A stretch of DNA of 64,000 bases from a phage: assembly GCA_010671865.1 (NCBI GenBank), contig GCA_010671865.1_4083.1; one strand, written 5' to 3'. The position numbers and the translations under genes are program-made. The notes beneath the pieces are model-generated. The model searched no databases and was not told the origin of the DNA. It saw only the letters and a program-made list of their open reading frames with translations. Position 1 is the stretch's first letter. Each line of letters opens with the position of its first letter. Shown one piece after another: positions 36,372 to 44,837 of this stretch.

Positions 36372-36614
36372 TTACAGTACTTTACTATCAATGGCAACTA
36401 CTTTTTTTACTTGAACTGCGTGGAATACTTCACGCGTATTTTTAGTACTGAATACTTTTGCCGTACCTTGTTCGACCGCAATACGATATCGACCGTTAAC
36501 GTCCACCATGTTGATAAAGTCCGGTGTACTGAATGGAGTTACCCGGCATTTAAGAACGGTTAACAGTTCCACCAGCGTTGTAGTCTCTTTGATACGTTTT
36601 TCTAAAGTAATCAT
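36372..36614 (-). CDS. hypothetical protein
   Basis: track ORF 36372..36671 trimmed to MITLEKR; upstream MTVLKCFSTMYAYQ is promoter read-through. Confidence 0.5.
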   Translation of the reverse strand: MITLEKRIKETTTLVELLTVLKCRVTPFSTPDFINMVDVNGRYRIAVEQGTAKVFSTKNTREVFHAVQVKKVVAIDSKVL

Positions 36615-36671
36615 TTTGTTTTCCCCGTGTTGGTATGCGTACATAGTACTAAAACATTTGAGTACTGTCAA

Positions 36672-36890
36672 TTAGATAATAGAATATTTCTTTAGTGATA
36701 ATGCGTCTTCTGTCGGTTGATATTCTACACCGTTCCCGTTATCAACCTTAGTGAGTAAACCTTTATCAATGAGTTTTTTGATGGTACGGTTTCCCTGTTG
36801 AAAACTGGTGAAGTGTGAATCATTACGAAAGGTATAACCGTGCTTCACTGCTTCATCAATAGTTTTCTTTTCGATTTTAGATAATTTCAT
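36672..36890 (-). CDS. hypothetical protein
   Basis: track ORF 36672..36950 trimmed to MKLSKIEK; same promoter type as 36372..36614. Confidence 0.5.
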   Translation of the reverse strand: MKLSKIEKKTIDEAVKHGYTFRNDSHFTSFQQGNRTIKKLIDKGLLTKVDNGNGVEYQPTEDALSLKKYSII

Positions 36891-36946
36891 TTTGTTTCTC
36901 TCTCTGTGTTGGTATAGATACATAATACTAAAACAATTGAGTACTG

Positions 36947-37201
36947 TCAACGTGATATTAGTTTTATTTTTTTATTGTATTGTTGGTGTTCATATAGATT
37001 AATTTTTCCAGTACTCTCAATTACTATTCTATTGTTAGTGTCTACATCGATAACACGTAGTTTCCCGTTGCTTAACTTCCTGGGTAATAGACTACCATTA
37101 ATAAACTCATTAGCAAGCTGTACGGCCTTTGTGATGATTCTCTGTGGTGCTTTATAGTGTACCCGCAAGATATTATCTTTAGATAGTTGTACCTTCATCA
37201 T
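36947..37201 (-). CDS. hypothetical protein
   Basis: 84-aa ORF. Confidence 0.5.
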   Translation of the reverse strand: MMKVQLSKDNILRVHYKAPQRIITKAVQLANEFINGSLLPRKLSNGKLRVIDVDTNNRIVIESTGKINLYEHQQYNKKIKLISR

Positions 37202-37214
37202 TTTAGTTTATCCT

Positions 37215-37243
37215 ATAAAAAAAGGCGGGAACTGAACCCGCCG
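37215..37243 (-). terminator. intrinsic terminator
   Basis: minus strand GGCGGGTTCAGTTCCCGCC hairpin followed by TTTTTTT; downstream of 37266..37661. Confidence 0.6.
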
Positions 37244-37265
37244 TGTTGTTAGTACTGCAAAGTTT

Positions 37266-37661
37266 TTAGATAACCTGGCGGCGTTTACTGTATACTGTTA
37301 CACGGTTTCCTTTACGGTCATGACGGATCTCTTTCTGGTTACGAATCAGTTCACTTGGACGCTTAAGGTTTGCCAGGTGATCCGCGTGAGTCCATGCATT
37401 TGCGTTAACTGTAACTTCAATATCAGAACCTTTCAAAAAGTCATCTTGAGCGTTCAGTACTTCAGCCAGTTCTTGAGCTTGCTTTAGTTCTGCTTCAGTA
37501 AGTACAGGCTCAGGTGAATTCACAATATCAGAGATCTCTTTGAACTGTACCGCCCAGCGTTGTCCTTTCGGTGCATCTTTGCCCATGTCTTTAAATGTTT
37601 CACCTTCTTCACGAGCAACGATGCGAGCTTGTTCACGGGTAGCGAAGAATTTAGTAATCAT
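37266..37661 (-). CDS. hypothetical protein (paralog of 49170..49436)
   Basis: track ORF trimmed to MITKFFATREQ; shares FATREQARI...FKDMG...DRKGNRVTVY with 49170..49436. Confidence 0.55.
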   Translation of the reverse strand: MITKFFATREQARIVAREEGETFKDMGKDAPKGQRWAVQFKEISDIVNSPEPVLTEAELKQAQELAEVLNAQDDFLKGSDIEVTVNANAWTHADHLANLKRPSELIRNQKEIRHDRKGNRVTVYSKRRQVI

Positions 37662-37760
37662 GGTGTACATCCTATTAGTTAAGTTAATTAGTACTACAAG
37701 TTAGAGTCTATTATAAAGTACTATCTGGGCAATGTCAAATAGTACTTTAAATGGATTCTA

Positions 37761-38084
37761 TTACATGTCTTTTTTACGTTTTACATCGTAGTAACGAACT
37801 GTAATTTCTTTGTTGATCTCATCCTCAATTCTGTGTAGTACTTTCTCTTTCGGGTTGAAACCTATTACAGTTTCTTTAATGATCTCCAAGCCCGTGTATT
37901 CGCCTTGTGTACCGTAACCGTAAGTAAAGGTTTCATGTCCCAGGTCTTCCCAGCGGTCACCAATCAATGCAGACACGTAGCATGAGTGGTAAGTATTGCC
38001 GTGGCTATCAGTCCACCGATTAACTTTAATGTCAAAGGAAGTTACAATTTTCATTTCTACTTTCTGGGCAAGGATCATAGTCAT
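37761..38084 (-). CDS. hypothetical protein (paralog of 43890..44213)
   Basis: 107-aa ORF; shares RWTDSHGNTYHSC...FTYGY...RKKD with 43890..44213. Confidence 0.6.
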   Translation of the reverse strand: MTMILAQKVEMKIVTSFDIKVNRWTDSHGNTYHSCYVSALIGDRWEDLGHETFTYGYGTQGEYTGLEIIKETVIGFNPKEKVLHRIEDEINKEITVRYYDVKRKKDM

Positions 38085-38170
38085 TTTAATTTCTCTCTTT
38101 TTGTTAGGAAGGGAACCATTCCCCTCACTTGATGTAAACTATTATACAGTACTAAGATACTTTGTCAATA
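38085..38170 (-). promoter_or_regulatory. promoter plus leader hairpin cassette
   Basis: TTGACA-16-TATAAT, hairpin GGGGAATGGTTCCC; approximate. Confidence 0.5.
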
Positions 38171-38171
38171 C

Positions 38172-38447
38172 TTAAGTATTGTAAATGTCGTGAATAGTGA
38201 TAAAGTTTTTACGACCGTAAACATGTAAATCAGTATCAATGTAGTGCTTATCAAGTACATCCTCGACGCTTAAAGCCGTGTCGTGAATATCTTCATAGAA
38301 TTGTGGATCTACAATCTTACTTAAATCATCCGGCGTTAACTTATCATTGAGCCATTGCACCGCCTGGATATCTGCATCACGTTTCCAGTCTTCCAGGTTA
38401 GTAGTCAGTACTTGCTCGATTTCGTTAGCTGTCAGTAGAATCCGCAT
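38172..38447 (-). CDS. hypothetical protein
   Basis: 91-aa ORF. Confidence 0.55.
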   Translation of the reverse strand: MRILLTANEIEQVLTTNLEDWKRDADIQAVQWLNDKLTPDDLSKIVDPQFYEDIHDTALSVEDVLDKHYIDTDLHVYGRKNFITIHDIYNT

Positions 38448-38528
38448 TTTAATTTCTCTCTTTGTTAGGTGGGGAACTATTCCCCACTTGATGTAAAATA
38501 TTATACAGTACTAAAAACTATTGTCAAA
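38448..38528 (-). promoter_or_regulatory. promoter plus leader hairpin cassette
   Basis: TTGACA-16-TATAAT, hairpin GTGGGGAATAGTTCCCCAC; approximate. Confidence 0.5.
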
Positions 38529-38536
38529 CTATTTTA

Positions 38537-38737
38537 TCAAATTGTTTCCCATTTCATGTTACCCGCTTTACGCTGTGAAACAGGAATAAACATGTTATTA
38601 ATGTTACTAATATAACCGACCTGTAAGTCACGCTGTGAACCATACGCCCGACTTGCTGCATTTTTAGCACCGCGTTCTGATTTATAAACGCCGCTGGATA
38701 CTGTAAAGCCTACTACACCGAAAGTAAAATGTTTCAT
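38537..38737 (-). CDS. hypothetical protein
   Basis: 66-aa ORF; long leader with tandem promoters. Confidence 0.5.
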   Translation of the reverse strand: MKHFTFGVVGFTVSSGVYKSERGAKNAASRAYGSQRDLQVGYISNINNMFIPVSQRKAGNMKWETI

Positions 38738-39020
38738 TTTGTATTCCTCTTTGTGGTTGATGTAAGTATTATACTCGTTTAATTTCTATTGTCAAACTAT
38801 TTTATCAGGGGAGGTTTTCGTATGTCTTACTCCTGGACTACTTAACGGGGTTACTTATTTCGTTCCCCGTCCTGATGTAAAACATTATACTTGATTCTAA
38901 GTACAATGCAAGTACTTTTTAAAAATAGTTTTCAGTACTTGATAGTACTAGCCACCAGCAAACAATAGATACATTTATGCACCCTGTGGGCTGATTTGTT
39001 TCTATGCGTATATAATAGCA

Positions 39021-39049
39021 AAGGGACTGACCGGAGTCAATCCCTTTTT
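39021..39049 (-). terminator. bidirectional intrinsic terminator (repeated element, copy 3)
   Basis: hairpin AAGGGACTGACCGGAGTCAATCCCTT plus T-run. Confidence 0.55.
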
Positions 39050-39058
39050 CAATTATTT

Positions 39059-39208
39059 TTAAACTTGTTTCGGGTTGCGATAGGTGATAGCGTTCGGGTA
39101 CATTTGTTTAATGTTATTCCATGCCTGGTTAACATTGTAACCACTTGAGCGAATCAGTTGGTTACTACCGACACCTTGAAACACTACTTCGAATAAGAAT
39201 TCTTTCAT
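39059..39208 (-). CDS. hypothetical small protein (49 aa)
   Basis: hand-translated MKEFLFEVVFQGVGSNQLIRSSGYNVNQAWNNIKQMYPNAITYRNPKQV; GAGGTG RBS; approximate. Confidence 0.4.
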   Translation of the reverse strand: MKEFLFEVVFQGVGSNQLIRSSGYNVNQAWNNIKQMYPNAITYRNPKQV

Positions 39209-39378
39209 GCTTTCACCTCGCTATCTGCTTTACCTTTACGCCAGGACATTACTAATTGTTCGCGTTGCCATAAGTCGAGTGATACAAAAAGTTTTGCGGT
39301 ATCACTTTTAGGATACTCGCCAGTAGTACCTAACCGATAAAACAGATCTTTCAGTACTGATAATTCTACTTGAATCAT
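39205..39378 (-). CDS. hypothetical small protein (57 aa)
   Basis: hand-translated MIQVELSVLKDLFYRLGTTGEYPKSDTAKLFVSLDLWQREQLVMSWRKGKADSEVKA; AGGAG RBS; ATGA overlap downstream; approximate. Confidence 0.4.
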   Translation of the reverse strand: MIQVELSVLKDLFYRLGTTGEYPKSDTAKLFVSLDLWQREQLVMSWRKGKADSEVKA

Positions 39379-39467
39379 TTTATTACTCCTGATTGCGTTA
39401 ATACTTCTACTATTGCATGAATGATCATAAGTACAGCTAAAACAATAATCATCGGATTCATTTGCAT
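39375..39467 (-). CDS. hypothetical small hydrophobic peptide (~30 aa)
   Basis: rough hand translation MQMNPMIIVLAVLMIIHAIVEVLTQSGVIK; AGGAG RBS; coordinates and sequence approximate. Confidence 0.3.
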   Translation of the reverse strand: MQMNPMIIVLAVLMIIHAIVEVLTQSGVIK

Positions 39468-39484
39468 AAGCTGTACTCCTTATA

Positions 39485-39697
39485 TTAATCTTTCAGCCAA
39501 TGATCCTGAATGAATTTTTCGCCGGAACCTTGCTGCATTGATTGTAACAGACGTTCACGATGAGCGGCGGCGAATTGCTCAGTACTATGCGTTACGCCAG
39601 GCTGATAACGTGATACCCCATCCGGTCCGATGTATTGTACATCCCACGGTTTTTCGTTAGTATCAGACCATTTACGAACGATTAGTTGACCTTGCAT
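39485..39697 (-). CDS. hypothetical protein
   Basis: 70-aa ORF; GAGGAAAG RBS. Confidence 0.55.
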   Translation of the reverse strand: MQGQLIVRKWSDTNEKPWDVQYIGPDGVSRYQPGVTHSTEQFAAAHRERLLQSMQQGSGEKFIQDHWLKD

Positions 39698-39775
39698 TTT
39701 TCTTTCCTCTCAGTGGGGAGAATCATTTCTCCCCTTCATGTAACTTATTATACAGTACTAGATTATCTTGTCAAT
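39698..39775 (-). promoter_or_regulatory. promoter plus leader hairpin cassette
   Basis: TTGACA-16-TATAAT, hairpin GGGGAGAAATGATTCTCCCC; approximate. Confidence 0.5.
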
Positions 39776-39780
39776 AGTTT

Positions 39781-40104
39781 TTATTCACCTTGTTTGAATT
39801 TAGTTTTCTCCATTGATTCCATGATTGCAACCAATACGCTGTGGATCTCGCTTAACGCGGAATCACTGAAAGCATTAATGAATAGTCGATCATTCTCGCG
39901 AATATTTTTAATGTACTTTTCAGCAGTAGTTGCGAATTCATTCAACGGTAGATCAAATGCTTTATCCCATGATGGATGGCGTAATTGTAACAGTACTGGA
40001 TTATCACGATCACCAGGGGAAAACGTACCAGTGATGAAACATACGCCCGGAATACTTTCGAACTGGCAACGGACTTCCTTTGTGATAGTAGTATGAATGT
40101 ACAT
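39781..40104 (-). CDS. hypothetical protein
   Basis: 107-aa ORF; GAGGA RBS. Confidence 0.55.
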   Translation of the reverse strand: MYIHTTITKEVRCQFESIPGVCFITGTFSPGDRDNPVLLQLRHPSWDKAFDLPLNEFATTAEKYIKNIRENDRLFINAFSDSALSEIHSVLVAIMESMEKTKFKQGE

Positions 40105-40131
40105 TTATTGTTATCCTCTATTAAATTAATA

Positions 40132-40326
40132 TTACAGTTTATGAATCAATTCTTTATCTAAGCGATAGCGTACATTATTAATAGTAACGGCATTGTTTTT
40201 AATGCTACGCTGTACAGGTCCACCAGCAATAACAAATGTTGCTTTATTACCCCGAACAATGATAGCACTTCCAGGATTACCGAAATCATCTTGTACTAAA
40301 ATACTTGATAAGTTTTCCATTTTCAT
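40132..40326 (-). CDS. hypothetical protein
   Basis: 64-aa ORF; true start may be the second Met (MENLSS) by RBS spacing. Confidence 0.5.
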   Translation of the reverse strand: MKMENLSSILVQDDFGNPGSAIIVRGNKATFVIAGGPVQRSIKNNAVTINNVRYRLDKELIHKL

Positions 40327-40401
40327 TTCCTCTTAGTAGGGGAAGATGTTTCCCCTTGATGTAAGTACTATAACACTACTGGATAGTACTGTCAATACTT
40401 T

Positions 40402-40659
40402 TTATCTCATAGATCTATGCCAACAATTACGCGGGGGACGTTTAAAAGTACTATCATGATCCTCCTGGCAAGTTATGCAGTACTTACATCCCTTAACAGC
40501 CCGGCGGCGATTCTCAGGGATTTTATCGCCACAGTCGAGGCAATGTATCAGTGATTCTATTTGTGCGTTAATTTGCTTTCTAGCGTGGTTTACGGCGGCC
40601 TGAATCACTGCGTTAATCTCGTCTTGTTCGGCCCCGTCTTTCGCGAATCCTACAGCCAT
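40402..40659 (-). CDS. DksA/TraR-family C4 zinc-finger protein
   Basis: 85-aa ORF with C-x2-C-x17-C-x2-C and hallmark CLDCGDKIPENRRRAVKG...CITCQ. Confidence 0.6.
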   Translation of the reverse strand: MAVGFAKDGAEQDEINAVIQAAVNHARKQINAQIESLIHCLDCGDKIPENRRRAVKGCKYCITCQEDHDSTFKRPPRNCWHRSMR

Positions 40660-40856
40660 TATTTTAACCTTTTTCTATCATTAATTAATGCTTTCAGTAC
40701 TATACTAATAACTTGCAATGATTCATCAATGACTATAAAATTATTTTCTTTCATTAGATGATAGTTACCATTGATATTATATTCTAACGAGTACTGTTTA
40801 CGTTTAATTTTTGATAATGTTTCTATTTGTTTTTGTACTGATTTCATGCTAATCAT
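40659..40856 (-). CDS. hypothetical protein
   Basis: 65-aa ORF; 1-nt stop/start overlap with 40402..40659. Confidence 0.5.
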   Translation of the reverse strand: MISMKSVQKQIETLSKIKRKQYSLEYNINGNYHLMKENNFIVIDESLQVISIVLKALINDRKRLK

Positions 40857-40961
40857 TGTTAAACGTCCTGTAACGCATTCTAACGAGATAAACGGTTTAG
40901 TACTGGCATTGTATAGGGTAATGAATTAAAGCCCACCAGCGTTAACCAGTGGGCTATAATC

Positions 40962-41105
40962 TTACATCTTGCGGATAATCTTAACAGTATCTTTCACCGA
41001 TTTACCGTTTTGCTGACATTGTTCGATCATCGCGTATTGTTCTGCGGTCAGATCCTCGCCAGTTTTTGCCAGTACTGCATCGATGAATGAATCTAGTGCG
41101 ATCAT
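40962..41105 (-). CDS. hypothetical small protein (~47 aa)
   Basis: rough hand translation MIALDSFIDAVLAKTGEDLTAEQYAMIEQCQQNGKSVKDTVKIIRKM; approximate. Confidence 0.3.
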   Translation of the reverse strand: MIALDSFIDAVLAKTGEDLTAEQYAMIEQCQQNGKSVKDTVKIIRKM

Positions 41106-41204
41106 TTTGTTTCTCTCTTAGGTTAAGTTAACTACTGTTTATAAAACTTATTATACAGTACTATCAAACTATGTCAATATCTTTAATAGTACTGGTAATA
41201 TATT

Positions 41205-41447
41205 TTAGCGGTAGTCGTCGTATGCTTTATTCACCTGTCGAATGTAACTTTCAAAGGCTTCGTCTACCGTTTCATACTCCCGAACATAATCACCATAGGA
41301 AACTACATACATCCCTTTTTGATCTTCAAACGTCATGATGATAGAATCCAGGCCGATGATTTCAGTTTTTGCGATGATAGCCATTTTTAATTCCTTAGTA
41401 GTGTAGTTGATAAAACTTATTATGCCAGTACTATCAATCTTTGTCAA
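41205..41447 (-). CDS. hypothetical protein
   Basis: 80-aa ORF; promoter TTGACA-17-CATAAT without hairpin. Confidence 0.55.
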   Translation of the reverse strand: MTKIDSTGIISFINYTTKELKMAIIAKTEIIGLDSIIMTFEDQKGMYVVSYGDYVREYETVDEAFESYIRQVNKAYDDYR

Positions 41448-41466
41448 TAGTACTGTGATAATATTT

Positions 41467-41679
41467 TTAGTTAATGATAGTCAGTGTAAAATTGTAATCC
41501 CCTGCCTGGTATAGTACTTTGTCGCCGAACGTACCAACACGTTTCATATTGCAATAGATACCCATAACACTTTTTACATCTTTGATATTCCGAACGCCAG
41601 TGATATCCTTGTTGAAATTTTCATGATCAGAAAATAAAACTTGTTTTGCATTTTTCAGTACAGTGCAGATATTAGCCAT
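41467..41679 (-). CDS. hypothetical protein
   Basis: 70-aa ORF. Confidence 0.55.
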   Translation of the reverse strand: MANICTVLKNAKQVLFSDHENFNKDITGVRNIKDVKSVMGIYCNMKRVGTFGDKVLYQAGDYNFTLTIIN

Positions 41680-41762
41680 TTTGTTTTCTCTTTGTTAGTG
41701 GGGAGAATCATTTCTCCCCTTCATGTAACTTATTATACAGTACTATAATCTATTGTCAAACT
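41680..41762 (-). promoter_or_regulatory. promoter plus leader hairpin cassette
   Basis: TTGACA-16-TATAAT, hairpin GGGGAGAAATGATTCTCCCC; approximate. Confidence 0.5.
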
Positions 41763-41773
41763 ATTTTTTAATA

Positions 41774-42115
41774 TTATTCAAAATCTTCTGGACCGGACTG
41801 ATAATCATCTTCACCGTATGCACTTTCTAACTTCTCGCCAGTGTGATCATCAGTTAGTGAGTCATCCTCATAGTTCACGTCTACGCCTACAATGTAAAAC
41901 TGGCTATCGTCTGGATCATTGAAATTAATTTTCTGAATGTTTACAATAACGGTATTGATGCCCAGGACACCGCCATCAGCAGTTACAAAGTACTGATAGT
42001 TTTCACAACCGCCTGAATTGAAACCGTAATTAATTTCGGCCCGACCATCATTTAAACGCAGTACCTGGGCGATGATTTCGTTTTCAAAGTTAGATTGAGC
42101 AATTGAGATAGTCAT
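41774..42115 (-). CDS. hypothetical protein (acidic C-terminus)
   Basis: 113-aa ORF; C-terminal DDHTGEKLESAYGEDDYQSGPEDFE. Confidence 0.55.
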   Translation of the reverse strand: MTISIAQSNFENEIIAQVLRLNDGRAEINYGFNSGGCENYQYFVTADGGVLGINTVIVNIQKINFNDPDDSQFYIVGVDVNYEDDSLTDDHTGEKLESAYGEDDYQSGPEDFE

Positions 42116-42200
42116 GATTCGTTTCCTTATTACCAGGGGAAACCATTTCCCCTTGCGATGTAAAACATTATACGCTTATTGAGATAGTTTGCAAGTACTT
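42116..42200 (-). promoter_or_regulatory. promoter plus leader hairpin cassette
   Basis: TTGCAA-16-TATAAT-GTTTTACATC, hairpin GGGGAAATGGTTTCCCC, then TGGTAATAAGGAAAC RBS; approximate. Confidence 0.5.
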
Positions 42201-42296
42201 TTTAAAAATAGTTTTCAGTACTCAATACTTATATAATAGATACACTTATGCACCCTGTGGGCTAGTGAGCTATCTCTCAATGAATATATAATAGCA

Positions 42297-42327
42297 AAAT
42301 GGCTGACCGGAGTCAACCACTTTTTTT
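42297..42327 (-). terminator. bidirectional intrinsic terminator (repeated element, copy 4, with compensatory stem changes)
   Basis: hairpin TGGCTGAC-CGGA-GTCAACCA plus T-run; stem differs from copies 1-3 by paired substitutions. Confidence 0.55.
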
Positions 42328-42464
42328 CATTTATTTTTAGCTTTTAGAATCGCCGCCTTTCGTGTCATTCCTTGTTTGATGTACTCCTTTACTTTCGCTT
42401 TACGTGCTTTCGCTTTATCTGCTTTCGTTTTAGGAGTACTGTAAATTATACCGTTAGGATTCAT
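42327..42464 (-). CDS. hypothetical small lysine-rich basic protein (45 aa)
   Basis: hand-translated codon by codon: MNPNGIIYSTPKTKADKAKARKAKVKEYIKQGMTRKAAILKAKNK; approximate coordinates. Confidence 0.4.
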   Translation of the reverse strand: MNPNGIIYSTPKTKADKAKARKAKVKEYIKQGMTRKAAILKAKNK

Positions 42465-42554
42465 TTAAATCACCATAAAGAATAGATAGGTTACTAACAA
42501 TGCCGCGATCAATGCACCGACCAGGGCCGAACTGTAATAAGCCAATGATTTCAT
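42465..42554 (-). CDS. hypothetical small hydrophobic peptide (~29 aa)
   Basis: rough hand translation MKSLAYYSSALVGALIAALLVTYLFFMVI; ATGA overlap with upstream ORF; approximate. Confidence 0.3.
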   Translation of the reverse strand: MKSLAYYSSALVGALIAALLVTYLFFMVI

Positions 42555-42703
42555 TTTTTAGCCTGAAAATAGTGTTTAATTTGAGCGGCGGTCAGTGCAC
42601 AATTACGCAGGAAGTTTTCTGTATAACTGCGTCGAGTACTGAAAGAAAATTGACCTTTGCCGTTACCGATAGTAACATCAAACCGAGCATTATATTGTTT
42701 CAT
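42551..42703 (-). CDS. hypothetical small protein (~50 aa)
   Basis: rough hand translation MKQYNARFDVTIGNGKGQFSF...; AGGAG RBS; approximate. Confidence 0.35.
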   Translation of the reverse strand: MKQYNARFDVTIGNGKGQFSFSTRRSYTENFLRNCALTAAQIKHYFQAKK

Positions 42704-42817
42704 TTTGTTTCTCCTGATAGTGGGGAGTACTATTTCTCCCCTTCATGTAAAACATTATACAGTACTGAAAACTAATTGCAAGTATTATTTTTTAGATTTA
42801 CGCAAACTTTCTACCAT

Positions 42818-42931
42818 CTCAGGAGTAAGGCCCGGCGGGTAGGAAACCACTTCATCAACGAAACGTAAAGGGAATACCCCAGCGAAAGGTGAACATGCTT
42901 TCTTAGTATTACTCTTTTTTGATGCTTTCAT
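42818..42931 (-). CDS. hypothetical small protein (~37 aa)
   Basis: hand-translated MKASKKSNTKKACSPFAGVFPLRFVDEVVSLPAGPYS; AAGGAA RBS; own promoter/hairpin; approximate. Confidence 0.3.
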
Positions 42932-43000
42932 TTCATATTCCTTAATTAGTGGGGAGTACTATTTCTCCCCTTCATGTAAAACATTATACAGTACTGAAAA

Positions 43001-43210
43001 CTAATTGCAAGTACTATTTGAAAGTAAATGCTCATACGCTGCATTAACTACATTTTCAATAACCGACTGTACAGAAAGATCCCCCACGTCCTGGCTATAG
43101 TAGAAATTGCTTACAGTGGTGTCATCGTATGCAAATACTTTACCAGGTACGGCATCAATCACATACATATTAACCTTTAAGATGTCGATCTTATCCTGTA
43201 CAGTAAGCAT
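43001..43210 (-). CDS. hypothetical protein
   Basis: 69-aa ORF. Confidence 0.55.
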   Translation of the reverse strand: MLTVQDKIDILKVNMYVIDAVPGKVFAYDDTTVSNFYYSQDVGDLSVQSVIENVVNAAYEHLLSNSTCN

Positions 43211-43215
43211 ATTAA

Positions 43216-43488
43216 TTAACCTTTTAAGTACTGGCTTAAGTAGTCTTTTTGTTCTTCGGTGATTGCAGTCATCTTCCCTAGTACTGGATTGATGATATAA
43301 TCCCCTGTAACGTCCTGTACTGCGTTTTCAGGCTGTTTAACGGCAGGGGTAGCCATAGCCATAGCCTGGACTTGTTCCACACTGTAACGCTCATAAAGGC
43401 GGCATTCTTCCGGTGTTAACATAGCATCAGTACGCTTCATCGGTTTAATGATGCTTTCGATCTCATTCAGTACTTGATTAACGTTCAT
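43216..43488 (-). CDS. hypothetical protein
   Basis: 90-aa ORF. Confidence 0.55.
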   Translation of the reverse strand: MNVNQVLNEIESIIKPMKRTDAMLTPEECRLYERYSVEQVQAMAMATPAVKQPENAVQDVTGDYIINPVLGKMTAITEEQKDYLSQYLKG

Positions 43489-43539
43489 GGTATAATCCCC
43501 AATATAAGCGGCCTAAATCGACCGCTAACGATGTTTTGA

Positions 43540-43809
43540 TTAATAGGTGTATGGTTGACGCTCAAACAATGATTGTACGCTGTACGCCCCGCTAATGGGC
43601 TTCGCTGGTAAATCAATTTTATATTGCTCACGCTTAAAGATAATAAAACGGCAATTGTTTTTAACATCAAAATTGATTGAACGTTCCAGGAGTTTACCAT
43701 CGTGAACAAATACAAGATAACCACTTGGTACTTGTTTTGTAGTACTGGTTGCAACCATAGACCGACGAACATGTGTACCTGCATCGATTAAAGTACTGAT
43801 ATTTTTCAT
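43540..43809 (-). CDS. hypothetical protein
   Basis: 89-aa ORF; preferred over overlapping alternative frame 43485..43784. Confidence 0.5.
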   Translation of the reverse strand: MKNISTLIDAGTHVRRSMVATSTTKQVPSGYLVFVHDGKLLERSINFDVKNNCRFIIFKREQYKIDLPAKPISGAYSVQSLFERQPYTY

Positions 43810-43889
43810 TTTACTTTCCTCTTAAGTTGATTTAATTTCTTTCCCCTATGCAGACACTATATCAAAGTATCTGCATAAAGTAAAGCTAA

Positions 43890-44213
43890 TTAAAGATCTT
43901 TTTTGCGTTTAACATTCTGTACAGTACAATGCAACGGGATATTAAGATCATTGCACAAACGATAGAGGGAGGTTTCAACAGTATCAAGCCCGTCTACTGA
44001 TTCCTTTAAGAGTGATACCGCCGTTTGTTGATATGCATCCTCATAGCCATAAGTAAATGATTCAACCGCCAGATCATTCAAGCCGTTATCCAGTTCAACG
44101 CTTACATGACAAGAATGATAAGTATTGCCATATGAATCAGTCCAACGTTTACCGTCAACATTGATTGCATGGATTGCAGCCAGGGAAACGGTGTTGATGA
44201 TAGTTTTAGCCAT
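43890..44213 (-). CDS. hypothetical protein (paralog of 37761..38084)
   Basis: 107-aa ORF; shares RWTDSYGNTYHSC...FTYGY...KRKKDL. Confidence 0.6.
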   Translation of the reverse strand: MAKTIINTVSLAAIHAINVDGKRWTDSYGNTYHSCHVSVELDNGLNDLAVESFTYGYEDAYQQTAVSLLKESVDGLDTVETSLYRLCNDLNIPLHCTVQNVKRKKDL

Positions 44214-44299
44214 TTTAGTATTCCTTAAATTAATATGTGTCGTCTTGATAAAATCTATTATGCCAGTACTATCAAACTATGTCAATAGTACTGTGATAA

Positions 44300-44448
44300 T
44301 ATTTTTTACTTACTTTTTGCTTTCTTTGCTGCTTCCACCTGGTCGGCCCATTCTTTACCCCATACTTGTAAATTATAATGGTACTGGCAAAGTGCAACGC
44401 CCCGCTTTAAACCCGTAATAGATTTCTGACCACATTGACAAGTTTTCA
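44300..44448 (-). CDS. hypothetical small Cys-containing protein (~47 aa)
   Basis: rough hand translation MKTCQCGQKSITGLKRGVALCQYHYNLQVWGKEWADQVEAAKKAKSK; approximate. Confidence 0.3.
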
Positions 44449-44534
44449 TATTAGTTTCCTTGTAGTGGGGAGAATCATTTCTCCCCTTGATGTAATGTAT
44501 TATACTTTATTCGATTTACTTTGCAAGTACTTTT

Positions 44535-44762
44535 TTAATTTAATTCATCCAGGCAAAGGATACGTTCCACACCAAGATCCGTTAAACTAATGGTCGGTAC
44601 TTGATAGGTTTCAATGTATGCTACACTTGCCCACTGACCGAACTCATTAACGGCCCAGGTATTCATTGCATTTTGCAATTCCACACCTTCCTTGTTGGTA
44701 ATGACTGCAACTACTTGTTCGTTGCCAGTAGTACCAGATACGCGAGTAATGATAATAGCCAT
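44535..44762 (-). CDS. hypothetical protein
   Basis: 75-aa ORF; promoter TTGACA-17-CATAAT. Confidence 0.55.
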   Translation of the reverse strand: MAIIITRVSGTTGNEQVVAVITNKEGVELQNAMNTWAVNEFGQWASVAYIETYQVPTISLTDLGVERILCLDELN

Positions 44763-44837
44763 TTTTTAATTCCTATTCAGTAGTTGATGTATGTATTATG
44801 TCAGTACTTAAAACTATTGTCAAACTATTTTTTAAAG

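Noticed and set aside
43485-43784. Alternative-frame ORF overlapping 43540..43809, plus nested ORFs 2718..2906, 3266..3484, 5418..5699, 12755..12946, 13189..13434, 21393..21599 and 53978..54196
   Set aside because: Each is fully nested in a longer ORF that carries family motifs or a better RBS.
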